This document shows, one piece after another, positions 18,310 to 27,767 of a stretch of 64,000 nucleotides of DNA. The notes below the pieces were generated by a model. That model was given only the letters and a program-made list of their open reading frames with translations. It was not told the origin of the DNA and made no database searches. The first letter of the stretch is position 1. Each line of letters begins with the position of its first letter. Source of the stretch: Actinomycetota bacterium (GTDB lineage Bacteria; Actinomycetota; Thermoleophilia; Solirubrobacterales; 70-9); assembly GCA_046730475.1 (NCBI GenBank), contig JBKPIY010000005.1:5187-69186 (forward strand), written 5' to 3'. Both the position numbers and the translations under genes were made by a program.

Positions 18310-19353
18310 ATGGCCGCCGACGACAGTCGAGAGGAGACTCACGTCATCTCCCACGACGTGCGCTCCGGCTCGAAGCCGGATCGCAACCTGGCCCTCGAGC
18401 TGGTCCGGGTGACCGAGGCGGCGGCCCTGGCGGCGGCGCGGTGGGTCGGGCGCGGCGAGAAGGAGTCGGCCGATCAGGCTGCGGTCGACGCGATGCGCCT
18501 GCTGCTCGACACCGTCCCGATGGACGGGGTGGTAGTGATCGGTGAGGGCGAGAAGGACGAGGCGCCGATGCTCTACAACGGCGAGCGGATCGGCGACGGC
18601 AGCCCGCCGGTCGTCGACATCGCGGTCGATCCGCTCGAGGGGACGACCCTCACCGCCCGGGGCTTCCCGGGGGCGCTGGCGGTGATCGCGCTGTCGGAGC
18701 GGGAGACGATGTTCGACCCCGGCCCCTGCGTCTACATGGAGAAGCTCGCCGGCGGGCCGCGGGTCGCCGATTGCCTCGACTTGAACCAGCCGCTCGCCGA
18801 GGTGGTCCGGGCGGTGGCCGAGCGCAAGGGCGGCGAGCCGGGGGACGTCACCCTGATCATGCTCGATCGCCCCCGTCACGAGGACGCGGTCAACGAGCTC
18901 CGCGAGGTGGGCGCCAGGGTCCGCTTCATTACCGACGGCGACGTCCAGGCGTCGCTCCTGGCCGTCACCGAGGGGACCGGCGTCGACCTGCTCTGGGGAA
19001 TCGGAGGCACCCCCGAGGGCGTCCTCTCGGCCTCGGCGATCAAGTGCCTCGGCGGCCAGCTCCTTGGCCGGCTGTGGCCCCGCGACGACGAGGAGCGCGA
19101 GGCGGCCGTGGGCGCCGGCTACGACCTCGATCGGGTCCTCGACGTTGAGGCGCTGGTGGGCGGGAACGACGTCTTCTTCGCCGCCACCGGGGTGACCGAC
19201 GGCGACCTCCTCGACGGGGTCCGCTATCTGGGCGACGGCCACGCCACCACCGAGTCGCTGGTGATGCGCTCGCGCTCCGGCACGGTCCGCAAGGTCCAGG
19301 CCCGCCACGACCGGCCAAAGCTGCGGGAGATCACCGCCGGCCGGTACGGCTAG
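18310..19353 (+). CDS. glpX: class II fructose-1,6-bisphosphatase
   Basis: NLALELVRVTEAAALAAARWVGRGEKESADQAAVDAMR...VVIGEGEKDEAPMLYNGE...DPLEGTT is a GlpX signature. ATG at 18310 avoids overlap with the upstream gene. Confidence 0.9.
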   Translation: MAADDSREETHVISHDVRSGSKPDRNLALELVRVTEAAALAAARWVGRGEKESADQAAVDAMRLLLDTVPMDGVVVIGEGEKDEAPMLYNGERIGDGSPPVVDIAVDPLEGTTLTARGFPGALAVIALSERETMFDPGPCVYMEKLAGGPRVADCLDLNQPLAEVVRAVAERKGGEPGDVTLIMLDRPRHEDAVNELREVGARVRFITDGDVQASLLAVTEGTGVDLLWGIGGTPEGVLSASAIKCLGGQLLGRLWPRDDEEREAAVGAGYDLDRVLDVEALVGGNDVFFAATGVTDGDLLDGVRYLGDGHATTESLVMRSRSGTVRKVQARHDRPKLREITAGRYG

Positions 19354-19416
19354 AGATCCGGATCGTCGAATCCGGGTCGGCCTGCGTCGATTCGGAGTCA
19401 GCCATCCAGTGGTCCT

Positions 19417-20265
19417 CTAGCCCTCGACCGGCAGCCGGCCGGTGTCGTCGCACTCGTGGCGCAGGGAGTTGATCACCGCGCCGGAGAGCAGCGCAAGGCT
19501 GACCACGTAGAACCAGACGAGGGCGACGAGGACGAAGCCGATCGTGCCGCCGACCCGGTCGAGGCTGGAGATGTTGACGAGGTAGAAGGGGAAGGCGTAG
19601 TTGGCGATCCCGCTGACCACGGTGAAGAACAGGGCCCCGGGCCAGACCGAGCGCCAGGGCATGTGTCCCTTCGGGACCGCCCAGTAGATCGCAGCGACGA
19701 TCGCGAAGGTGACGATCGCCCCGCCGATCACGAACACCCCCGTCCGCGCCACCCCGAAGTCGGAGAGGCCGAACGGAAGGTTCTCGGCGCTCGAGAGGAC
19801 GGCGCTCTCCACGGTCGGAACGGCCACGCTCGCGGCCAGCAGCAGCGTGAGGGCAGCGAGCATCACCAGCGAGAAGCGCTTCTGCGCCAGCCAGCCGCGG
19901 CATTCGACGCGGTAGATCCGGCAGAAGGCGGTGTCGACCCCGCCCCAGAAGGAGGCGCCGATCCAGATCCCGCTGATCACCGCCGCCACCCCGATCGTGG
20001 TGGAGCTCTCCCGCACCCGATCGATCGCGTGCATGAGGGTGTCCTGCTCGACGTTCGGGAACAGCCGCTGTAGGTCGACGACCACGCTGTTCTCGATCTC
20101 GGAGCTGTTCACGACCTTGCCGAAGATGAACAGCACCAGCAGGGCGAAGGGGAAGATCGAGAGGACCAGGTTGTAAGCCACCATCGCGGAGAGCCCGGTG
20201 ACGTTCTCCTTGTACGCCCTGTTCCAGAAGGCGCGGGCCCACGGCGAGTGCCAGGGGGGTGTCAT
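19417..20265 (-). CDS. YihY/BrkB-family membrane protein
   Basis: FWNRAYKENVTGLSAMVAYNLVLSIFPFALLVLF and multiple TMs. ATG at 20265 (MTPPWHSPW...); the longest ORF reaches 20436. Confidence 0.8.
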   Translation of the reverse strand: MTPPWHSPWARAFWNRAYKENVTGLSAMVAYNLVLSIFPFALLVLFIFGKVVNSSEIENSVVVDLQRLFPNVEQDTLMHAIDRVRESSTTIGVAAVISGIWIGASFWGGVDTAFCRIYRVECRGWLAQKRFSLVMLAALTLLLAASVAVPTVESAVLSSAENLPFGLSDFGVARTGVFVIGGAIVTFAIVAAIYWAVPKGHMPWRSVWPGALFFTVVSGIANYAFPFYLVNISSLDRVGGTIGFVLVALVWFYVVSLALLSGAVINSLRHECDDTGRLPVEG

Positions 20266-20426
20266 CAGCCGTTGACCGGTTCGGGTCGAGCGGCGAGGGT
20301 CACGTAACCGAGGGGCGGGGCGGTGTAGTTGGTGGGACCGGCTCAGGTTCTTCGAGGGGCCGGCGGAACTTTTCCGCGAGGCGCGTGCTTTTCCTCGAAG
20401 ACGGGCGGCGGCGAGCGCCGAAACCC

Positions 20427-20455
20427 TTGACTTCAAAAAATATAGCGGCTACGAT
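20427..20455 (+). promoter_or_regulatory. candidate sigma-70-type promoter for rpoD
   Basis: TTGACT (20427-20432), 17-bp A/T-rich spacer, TACGAT (20450-20455). Located in one of the few AT-rich patches, about 235 nt upstream of the rpoD ATG. Confidence 0.4.
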
Positions 20456-20690
20456 GCGAACAGACGTTTGACTCGTGATGGATATGGGGGGCCAACCCCC
20501 GCCAGAATCGAATCAGGTGCGGACTCGCGGACGCGGGTTCGCGCTTTTGTCGCCTTGAGGTGGTCAAGGTAAAGGTTTTTCGGACGCGCCCGAAGGACGA
20601 GCGAGCAGACTCAGAACTGGGTAGCCCGGATGTCGACGGGTATACCCGAAGGGCAGGACCGAACCCAACCAGGTAGAAACGGACTGACGG

Positions 20691-21788
20691 ATGCTAGTTG
20701 CGGAGCTTCAGGAGCTCGAGGAAGTAAAGACGCTGATCACCAAGGGTCAGCAGCTCGGCGTGCTCACCTACGGCGACATCGCCACGGCGGTCTCGGAGGT
20801 GGAGCTCGACGAGTCCGACGTCGAGGACCTGTACGGGCACCTCGAGCGGAGTGGGATCGAGCTGGTCGAGGACCTCGACCCGGCTCAGAAGCAGGCCGAG
20901 GAGGCGGCCGAGAAGGGTCGCGGGCGAAAGCGGGCCAAGCAGGCGCTCGACCTGAAGCCCGACATGACCACCGATTCCCTGCAGCTGTTCCTCAAGGACA
21001 TCGGCAAGGTGAGGCTGCTGACGGCGGCCGAGGAGGTCGAGCTCGCGAAGCGGATCGAGCGCGGCGACCTCGACGCGAAGCAGAAGATGGTGGAGTCGAA
21101 CCTCCGGCTGGTCGTCTCGATCGCAAAGAACTACCGCAACCAGGGGCTGCCCTTCCTCGATTTGATCCAGGAGGGCACGCTCGGGCTGGTGCGGGCCGCG
21201 GAGAAGTTCGACTACCGGAAGGGCTTCAAGTTCTCGACCTATGCGACCTGGTGGATCCGGCAGGCGATCGCGCGCGCCCTCGCCGACAAGGCGCGGACGA
21301 TCCGGATCCCGGTGCACGTGGTCGAGAAGCTGAACAAGATCGGCCGGGCGGAGCGGAAGCTCGTCACCGAGCTAGGTCGCGAGCCGACCCCGGAGGAGAT
21401 CGCCGAGGTCACCGGGATCGAGCCCGAGGAGGTCGACTCGATCAAGCGCTCGGCGCAGGCTCCGGTGTCGCTGGAGAAGCCGGTCGGCGACGAGGAGGAG
21501 TCTGAGTTCGGCCAGTTCATCGCCGATGAGCGCGCCGAGTCCCCCTTCGAGCGCGCCGCCGAGCTGCTCACCAAGGAGGCGCTGAAGGAGGCGCTCGAGA
21601 ACCTCTCCTATCGCGAGCGCCGCGTGCTCGAGCTCCGCTACGGGCTCGGCGGCGAGCACCCCCGGACCCTGGACGAGGTCGGGCGCACCTTCAACGTCAC
21701 CCGCGAGCGGATCCGCCAGATCGAGAACCAGTCGCTGAAGAAGCTCCAGAGCCTCGCTGAGGCCCAGAAGCTGCGCGAAGTCGCCTGA
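20691..21788 (+). CDS. rpoD: primary RNA polymerase sigma factor (RpoD/SigA/HrdB type)
   Basis: Regions 1.2-4.2 are recognisable: [105 protein letters not shown]. Confidence 0.92.
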   Translation: MLVAELQELEEVKTLITKGQQLGVLTYGDIATAVSEVELDESDVEDLYGHLERSGIELVEDLDPAQKQAEEAAEKGRGRKRAKQALDLKPDMTTDSLQLFLKDIGKVRLLTAAEEVELAKRIERGDLDAKQKMVESNLRLVVSIAKNYRNQGLPFLDLIQEGTLGLVRAAEKFDYRKGFKFSTYATWWIRQAIARALADKARTIRIPVHVVEKLNKIGRAERKLVTELGREPTPEEIAEVTGIEPEEVDSIKRSAQAPVSLEKPVGDEEESEFGQFIADERAESPFERAAELLTKEALKEALENLSYRERRVLELRYGLGGEHPRTLDEVGRTFNVTRERIRQIENQSLKKLQSLAEAQKLREVA

Positions 21789-21810
21789 GCGGCGATCGGG
21801 TTCGCCGTCG

Positions 21811-22551
21811 GTGGAGAAGGTCAGGCTCGCCTGGCGATTCCAGGGGTTTTCCGACGGGGCGCTCGGCGGCTACGCGGCCGGCGTCGTCGGCAGGCGCATC
21901 GACCTCGGCCCGGCCGAGGTCAACCTGCGCAGCCTGCCCCCGATGGAGCGGGAGCTCGAGCTGAGCGAGGATCACGGTTCCCTGGAGCTGCGCGACGGCG
22001 AGACGCTGGTCCTCGAAGCCCATCGGGCCCGGTTCGATCTGGAGATTCCCCCGCCGCCGGATCTCCGCCAGGCCGAGGCCGCCGCCGGGCACCTGATTCA
22101 CGATGAGGGCACGCATCTCTATCCCTCGTGCTTCACGTGCGGCCCCGACCGCGCCGAGGGCGACGGCCTGCGGTTGTTCATGAGCCGCGTGCCCGGGCGG
22201 GATCGCAGCCTTGCCTCCGCCTGGAACCCTCACCCCGGTCTGGCCGGCGAGGGGGAGGCGCTTTCGGGGGAGCTGCTGTGGGCGGCGCTCGACTGCCCGA
22301 CGATCTGGGCCGCGTGGTCGACCGAGCGACCGGCGTCGTTCCCCGCAGACAGCTTCACTGTGCTTGCCCGTCAGCGGCTCGACCCGCTGGCGCCGGTCCC
22401 GGTCGGCGAGACGGCGATCGTCTCCGCCTGGCCGATCGAGCGCGATCGACGCAAGCATCGCTGCGGCGCCGCCATTCACGACGTCCGCGGCAACCTGCTG
22501 GGCCGCTGCGAATCGTTGCTGGTCGAGGTCCCCAGGCGCCAGGGCAACTAG
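21811..22551 (+). CDS. hotdog-fold (PaaI/thioesterase-like) protein, hypothetical
   Basis: SCFTCGPDRAEGDGLRLF matches the CF(V/T)CG...GL motif common at the start of hotdog thioesterase-like domains. The rest is unassigned. Confidence 0.5.
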   Translation: MEKVRLAWRFQGFSDGALGGYAAGVVGRRIDLGPAEVNLRSLPPMERELELSEDHGSLELRDGETLVLEAHRARFDLEIPPPPDLRQAEAAAGHLIHDEGTHLYPSCFTCGPDRAEGDGLRLFMSRVPGRDRSLASAWNPHPGLAGEGEALSGELLWAALDCPTIWAAWSTERPASFPADSFTVLARQRLDPLAPVPVGETAIVSAWPIERDRRKHRCGAAIHDVRGNLLGRCESLLVEVPRRQGN

Positions 22552-22603
22552 CTCCGGCAAGTGGCGCTAAAGGCCGTGGGCCGTGCGCCCGATAGGGCAT
22601 GTG

Positions 22604-23767
22604 ATGGCGTTCGATATCGACGCGGCGCTCCGGTACGTAGTGGAGCGGGAGGGCTCGGACCTCCATATCAAGGCGGACTCGCCCCCGGTGGCGCGCGTCC
22701 ACGGTGAGCTCTTTGCGATCCCGGGCTCCGGGCCCCTGAGCGCGGAGGAGACCGAGAAGGCGTTCCACTCGATCGTGGACGGGGCGCGCCTGGCCGAGTT
22801 CGAGGAGGGCGGCGAGGTGGACTTCGCCTACGAGCTGCCCGACGTCTCCCGGTTCCGGGTCAGCGCCTTCAGGCAGCGCGGGGTGGTCTCGATCGCCCTG
22901 CGGATGATCCCCTTCTACGTGCGCACGATCGACGACCTCGGGCTGCCCGAGGTGGTGCGAACGCTCGCCGAGGAGCCCCGCGGGATCATCCTGCTCACCG
23001 GCACCACCGGCTCGGGCAAGTCGACCACCCTGGCGGCGATGATCGACCACATCAACTCGACCCGGGCCAGGCACGTGGTCACGATCGAGGACCCGATCGA
23101 GTACCTGCACCAGGACAAGCTCTCAGTCATCAACCAGCGCGAGGTGGGCTTCGACACCCGGAGCTTCAGCAAGGCGATGCGCAGGGTGCTCCGCCAGGAT
23201 CCCGACGTGATCCTGATCGGGGAGATGCGCGACGAGGAGACGGTCCGGACGGCGCTGTCGGCCGCCGAGACCGGGCACCTGGTGATGTCGACGCTCCACA
23301 CCCTGGACGCGACCGAGACGATCAACCGGATCATCGACTTCTTCCCGCCGCATCTCCAGCAGCAGGGGCGGGTGATGCTCGCCTCGACCCTGAGGGGGGC
23401 GATCTCCCAGCGGCTGGTGCCGCGCTCGGACCGCGAGGGGCGGATCGCGGTCTCGGAGGTGATGGTGGTCACCGGCCGGATCCAGGACCTGATCCTGAAC
23501 CCGGACGAGACGGGCAGGATCTCGGAGGTGATCTCCCAGGGTGACTTCTACGGCATGCAGACCTTCGACCAGGCCCTGCTCGGCTACGTCACCGATGGCC
23601 AGATCTCCGAGGAGGTGGCGATGCAGACCGCCAGCAGCCCACACGACTTCAAGTTGATGCTGGCCGCCGAGGGCCGCCGCGCCAGCGGGGTGGAGCAGCT
23701 GATCGACGACGGCGGAAACGGCGCCCCCACCGTGGACCAACGTTCGGGGTTCGGCGCCTCCTCCTAA
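22604..23767 (+). CDS. type IV pilus retraction-type ATPase, PilT/PilU family (PilU-like: lacks AIRNLIRE)
   Basis: SDLHIKADSPPVARVHGEL, Walker A LTGTTGSGKSTT, IEDPIEYLH, VILIGEMRDEETV, GHLVMSTLHT. The position corresponding to AIRNLIRE reads GRIQDLILN. ATG at 22604. Confidence 0.85.
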   Translation: MAFDIDAALRYVVEREGSDLHIKADSPPVARVHGELFAIPGSGPLSAEETEKAFHSIVDGARLAEFEEGGEVDFAYELPDVSRFRVSAFRQRGVVSIALRMIPFYVRTIDDLGLPEVVRTLAEEPRGIILLTGTTGSGKSTTLAAMIDHINSTRARHVVTIEDPIEYLHQDKLSVINQREVGFDTRSFSKAMRRVLRQDPDVILIGEMRDEETVRTALSAAETGHLVMSTLHTLDATETINRIIDFFPPHLQQQGRVMLASTLRGAISQRLVPRSDREGRIAVSEVMVVTGRIQDLILNPDETGRISEVISQGDFYGMQTFDQALLGYVTDGQISEEVAMQTASSPHDFKLMLAAEGRRASGVEQLIDDGGNGAPTVDQRSGFGASS

Positions 23768-23832
23768 GCGGGGCCAGGCAGGGGACCGATGGGGCCGGGC
23801 AGGGGACCGATCAGAGGCCGGAGGGCCACGCG

Positions 23833-25173
23833 ATGACCAACCTGATGAATTCCTTCCGCCAGGGGCTCCGGTCCGAGCGCGGGATCACGATACCGATGGC
23901 GCTGATGGTGATCATCATCGGGCTCGGCCTCGCCGGCGCCGCAGTGATGGCCACGGTCGCCTCCCAGCGCGGGTCGGTCGGCGACGAGGACCGGAAGACG
24001 GCGATCGGCGCCGCTGACGCGGGCATAAGCCAGGCCCTCTACCGGGAGAACAGGATCCCCACCACCAGCGGCCTCAGGTGTCTGGTGCAGGGCGGCAGCG
24101 GCCTGGTGGCCGGAGCGCCGTTGTCCGACGGCTGGTGCCCGGAGCGGGACGGCGCCGTCGGGGACGCCAGCTTCGTCTACCGGGTCCAGCCGTGGGAGGT
24201 GGTGACGGTGAACCAGCGGGAGATGCGCCGGGTTAGGGTCGTATCGATCGGGACCTCGGACGATGTCTCGCGCCGGGTGGCGGTGACGGCGCTCGCTCCC
24301 ACCGGGGACAACCTGCTGGGCAACGACGGCGCGATCGGCATCGACTCGGTGCACATCTCGGGCGTGTCCGTGGTCAACGCCTCGACCGGCAGCAACGGGA
24401 CCGTGACCCTGGAGAACAACGGCACCCTGTGCGGTAACGCCAGGCACGGGCCGGCCGGAAACTTCGCGATCGACAACAACGGCGTCCAGTGCCCGGGCTA
24501 CGGCCAGAGCACCGCCCTGACCGATCTGCCGCCGCCCGACCTCACCGAGGCCAAGGCCAACGACGCCACCTGGAAGTTCTTCAGCGTGAATACGAAGACG
24601 GGGAACGCCACCTGGAATGCCTCCACTCGTACCCTGGAGCTTCAGGGCGGGGCCGTCGTCAACATGACCAGCGGCGATTACGTCCTCTGCCGCCTGAAGA
24701 TGACCGGCGGCAGCCAGCTGATCGTGCCGGCGGGCGAGAAGGTGCGAATTTGGTTCGACAAGCCCGAGAACTGCGGCTGGACCACGCAGGACAGCCCCGT
24801 CGAGCAGATCAAGGTCGACGGCACCTCGAGCATCATCAGCAGCGGCTATGACCCGCTGGACGGCTCGACCTTGATGAACATGTACGTGGCGGGGTCGGAC
24901 GTGGGAATCGACACCCAGGCCAACTTCGGCGGCAACGGAAGCGCGCTCTACCAGGTGTTTCTCTACGCGCCGCGCACCGACGTCACGATCACCGGCAACG
25001 TCACCTACCAGGGACCGGTGGCGGGGAAGACCCTGCTCACCGACGGAAACGCGACCCTGACCTCGGACCCGGCGATCATCCTTCCCCACATCGACATCGT
25101 CGTCCTCTACCGGCCAGACCGCTACGTCGAGTGCACGGGAGCGACCGGATCTCCGCCCGACGCGAACTGCTGA
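23833..25173 (+). CDS. PilX/TadG-like N-terminally anchored pilus-associated protein with repetitive beta-rich ectodomain (hypothetical)
   Basis: N-terminus RSERGITIPMALMVIIIGLGLAGAAVMATV resembles PilX_N/TadG-type anchors. No G/FTLxE prepilin site. Gly/Asn/Thr-rich repeats (GNDGAIGIDSVHISGVSVVNASTGSNGTVTLENNGT). Confidence 0.5.
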   Translation: MTNLMNSFRQGLRSERGITIPMALMVIIIGLGLAGAAVMATVASQRGSVGDEDRKTAIGAADAGISQALYRENRIPTTSGLRCLVQGGSGLVAGAPLSDGWCPERDGAVGDASFVYRVQPWEVVTVNQREMRRVRVVSIGTSDDVSRRVAVTALAPTGDNLLGNDGAIGIDSVHISGVSVVNASTGSNGTVTLENNGTLCGNARHGPAGNFAIDNNGVQCPGYGQSTALTDLPPPDLTEAKANDATWKFFSVNTKTGNATWNASTRTLELQGGAVVNMTSGDYVLCRLKMTGGSQLIVPAGEKVRIWFDKPENCGWTTQDSPVEQIKVDGTSSIISSGYDPLDGSTLMNMYVAGSDVGIDTQANFGGNGSALYQVFLYAPRTDVTITGNVTYQGPVAGKTLLTDGNATLTSDPAIILPHIDIVVLYRPDRYVECTGATGSPPDANC

Positions 25174-25255
25174 TCGGGGCGGGATCCCCGGTTTCAGGTA
25201 ATTGACCACCGCGCGCTCAAGCTTGAGGACGATAGCGCCGAGCTAGAAGGTAGAG

Positions 25256-25861
25256 ATGCGAAAGGCACTGAACGAGAACCCCACTGTCCAGATCGTTGTC
25301 ATCGGCATGATGCTGGTGCTCGGCCTCGTGGTGGCGACCGGGGCGCTCACGGGCAGCGGCGGAAGCACGTCCAAGCCTGCGAGCGGAGCGGCCGCGACCG
25401 GATCCGGCGCCGCCGGCTCTACCTACGCTCCCTCGACGGCGTCCAGCGCCGTCCCGACGAGCTCCAGCGTCGCGGGCGTTCGGGTGCCGACCGACCTGCT
25501 TCCCCCGACCCGGGCCGACCTGGTGGCCGCGTACGAGCGCGGCGACGCGATCGTGCTGCTGGTCGTCAGAGGGGGCGGGATCGAGGACGCGATGGTGCGC
25601 TCCGCCGTGCGTCGACTCGAGGGCGAGCGCGGGGTCGCGGTGTACGTCACCCGCGCCGAGCACATCGCCCGATACGCCTCCATCACCGAGGGCGTCAACG
25701 TCAACCGGGTGCCTGCGCTGGTCGTGGTGAAGTCGCGGCGCCTGAGCGGCGGGGAGCCGAAGGCAACGGTCCAGTACGGGTTCCGCAGCGCCCAAAGCGT
25801 CGTCCAGGCTGTTCACGACGCCCTGCACCGGGGCGGCACCGCCACCTACTACCCCCGCTAG
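25256..25861 (+). CDS. membrane-anchored hypothetical protein with Cys-less thioredoxin-like C-terminal region
   Basis: N-terminal TM (VQIVVIGMMLVLGLVVATGAL), Ser/Ala/Gly linker, then AIVLLVVRGGGIEDA...VNRVPALVVV, which resembles a thioredoxin fold without CxxC. Confidence 0.5.
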   Translation: MRKALNENPTVQIVVIGMMLVLGLVVATGALTGSGGSTSKPASGAAATGSGAAGSTYAPSTASSAVPTSSSVAGVRVPTDLLPPTRADLVAAYERGDAIVLLVVRGGGIEDAMVRSAVRRLEGERGVAVYVTRAEHIARYASITEGVNVNRVPALVVVKSRRLSGGEPKATVQYGFRSAQSVVQAVHDALHRGGTATYYPR

Positions 25862-25864
25862 CCG

Positions 25865-27697
25865 GTGGCCCGGCCCCCTGGCCCTCGGGCCCTTCCGTTG
25901 CCCGAAGAGGGTCAGCCTGCGCAAGTGGCTCAGCCTGCGCAAGGGGCTCAGCCTGCGCAGTCGCACCCGGAGGTACCCGGTCTCTATCCCGCGAGCAGGC
26001 GGAGCTATTCCGGCCGGCTCCTGACCGACGTGATCCGGGACATGGGGCTGGCCAGCCCCGAGCGGATCGACAGCGCGATCGCGGACGCCCGCAGCGCCGG
26101 CGTTCCTCCCGAGCAGCTGCTGGTCGAGCAGTCCGTCGTTGGCAGCGAGCAGCTGGCGCGGGCAATGGCGGAGCGCTACGGGCTCGACTTCGTCGACCTC
26201 GCCGAGTTCGAGGTCGACATGACGGCCGCCAACCTGCTCTCGGTCGGCTCAGCGCGCCGCTACCAGGCGGTGCCGGTCGGCTTCCTCGAAGGGGAGGCGT
26301 TGCTGCTGGCGATGGCCGACCCGGTCAACGTGCTCGCGATCGACGACATCCAGATGATGACCGGGCTGAGATGCCGCCCCGCGGTCGCGCTCCTGGAGGA
26401 CATCGAGGCCGTGATCGGGCGCCTCAACAGCCTCCAGAGCGCCGTCTCCGAGGCGATCGAGGGCAGCGACCGCGATGGGGCGCCGGGGGCGGCGGTGAGC
26501 GAGCCATCTGCGTCGGACGTCACCGACCTCCGGGCTTCCGCCGAGGACGCCCCGGTGATCCGGCTGGTCAACAGCATCCTCGGGCAGGCCGTCACGGAGG
26601 GGGCCTCGGACGTCCACCTCGAGCCCGGCGACGGGGAGATGAGAGTCCGGTTCCGGGTCGACGGCGTCCTCTATGAGGCGGCCCACGTTCCGAAGCGGAT
26701 GGTGGCGGGCGCGATCTCGAGGGTGAAGATCATGAGCAACCTGGACATCGCCGAGAAGCGCGTGCCCCAGGGGGGGCGTACCGCCGTCATCATCGACGAG
26801 CATCGGGTCGACCTGAGGGTGACCACCCTGCCCACCCAGGGCGGCGAAGGGGCTTCGATCAGGATCCTCGACGAGGCGCAGACGTTGCGCTCGCTGGACG
26901 ATCTGGGGATGGAGGGAGACGCGCGGAAGCGCTTCGAGGCGGCCGTGGGGAACCCCTACGGCGCCGTCCTGGTCACCGGGCCGACCGGCTCGGGCAAGTC
27001 GACGACCCTGTACGCCGCCCTCCAGCTCGTCAACCACGAGAGCAGGAACATCATCACGATCGAGGATCCTGTCGAGTACCGGCTGGAAGGGGTCAACCAG
27101 ATCAACATCCGGCCCAAGGCCGGCCTAACCTTCGCCAGCGGCCTGCGCTCGGTGCTGCGAGCGGACCCCGACGTGATCATGGTCGGCGAGGTGCGCGACG
27201 GAGAGACGGCCCGGATCGCAACCGAGGCGGCGCTGACCGGCCACATGGTGCTGACCACGCTGCACACCAACGATGCCCCCGGAGCGGTGGCGCGGCTGAC
27301 CGAGATGGGAATCGAGCCGTTCCTGACCGCCTCCGCGGTCGACGCCGTCGTCGCCCAGCGGCTCGCCCGCCGGCTGTGCACGCACTGCAAGCGGCCGACC
27401 GTGATCGCCAAAGCCGTGCTCGAGGAGCAGGGGATCCCCGCCGAGGCCGACTTCGAGACATACGAGCCCGTCGGCTGCAGTCGCTGCAGTCGCCACGGCT
27501 ATGTCGGGAGGGTCGGCCTGTTCTCGGTGATGCTGATGAGCACCGAGATCAAGGAGCTCACCGTGCGGCGCGAGTCGGAGGCCGAGATCATGCGCGTGGC
27601 CCGCGCGGAGGGCATGCCGACCGTGCGCGAGGACGGGCTCGCGAAGGCGCGGGCCGGCCTCACGAGCCTCGAGGAGGTGCTCCGTGTCACCCGCTGA
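25865..27697 (+). CDS. pilB: type IV pilus assembly ATPase PilB (GspE family)
   Basis: N-terminal T2SSE_N-like helices (LARAMAERYGLDFVDL), Walker A VTGPTGSGKSTT, IEDPVEY, VIMVGEVRDGETA, GHMVLTTLHTN, tetra-Cys CTHCK...CSRCSRHGY. The start is uncertain: GTG 25865 or GTG 25925. Confidence 0.9.
   Translation: MARPPGPRALPLPEEGQPAQVAQPAQGAQPAQSHPEVPGLYPASRRSYSGRLLTDVIRDMGLASPERIDSAIADARSAGVPPEQLLVEQSVVGSEQLARAMAERYGLDFVDLAEFEVDMTAANLLSVGSARRYQAVPVGFLEGEALLLAMADPVNVLAIDDIQMMTGLRCRPAVALLEDIEAVIGRLNSLQSAVSEAIEGSDRDGAPGAAVSEPSASDVTDLRASAEDAPVIRLVNSILGQAVTEGASDVHLEPGDGEMRVRFRVDGVLYEAAHVPKRMVAGAISRVKIMSNLDIAEKRVPQGGRTAVIIDEHRVDLRVTTLPTQGGEGASIRILDEAQTLRSLDDLGMEGDARKRFEAAVGNPYGAVLVTGPTGSGKSTTLYAALQLVNHESRNIITIEDPVEYRLEGVNQINIRPKAGLTFASGLRSVLRADPDVIMVGEVRDGETARIATEAALTGHMVLTTLHTNDAPGAVARLTEMGIEPFLTASAVDAVVAQRLARRLCTHCKRPTVIAKAVLEEQGIPAEADFETYEPVGCSRCSRHGYVGRVGLFSVMLMSTEIKELTVRRESEAEIMRVARAEGMPTVREDGLAKARAGLTSLEEVLRVTR
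25911..25964 (+). repeat. three tandem copies of an 18-bp unit (CTCAGCCTGCGCAAGGGG-like) at the 5' end of pilB
   Basis: gtcagcctgcgcaagtgg / ctcagcctgcgcaagggg / ctcagcctgcgcagtcgc. Translates to (A)QPAQ(V/G/S) x3 in the pilB frame. Confidence 0.8.
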
Positions 27698-27767
27698 TCG
27701 CGGTCCGGACGGCTCGATCGAGATTCGGACTCAAGGATTTTGCCCTGGCGCCGATGGACGCTGCGAG

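Noticed and set aside
19354-19416. tRNA-like GTCGAATCCGG string between glpX and yihY
   Set aside because: No acceptor, D or anticodon arms can be built around it. It is part of a short palindrome (CCGGATCGTCGAATCCGG) in a convergent intergenic spacer and is more likely a bidirectional terminator hairpin.
20500-20560. Attenuator/terminator in the rpoD leader (CGCGGACGCGGGTTCGCGCTTTTG)
   Set aside because: I could not draw a convincing stem of more than 4-5 bp preceding the T-run. It is mentioned only as part of the leader finding.
25865-26200. c-di-GMP-binding MshEN motif in the PilB N-terminus
   Set aside because: GRLLTDVIRDMGLASPERIDSAI only loosely fits RLGxx(L/V/I)(L/V/I)xxG(L/V/I)(L/V/I)xxxx(L/V/I)xxx(L/V/I)xxQ. 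Leu replaces the Gly, there is a one-residue register shift and no terminal Gln. I cannot support c-di-GMP binding from the sequence.
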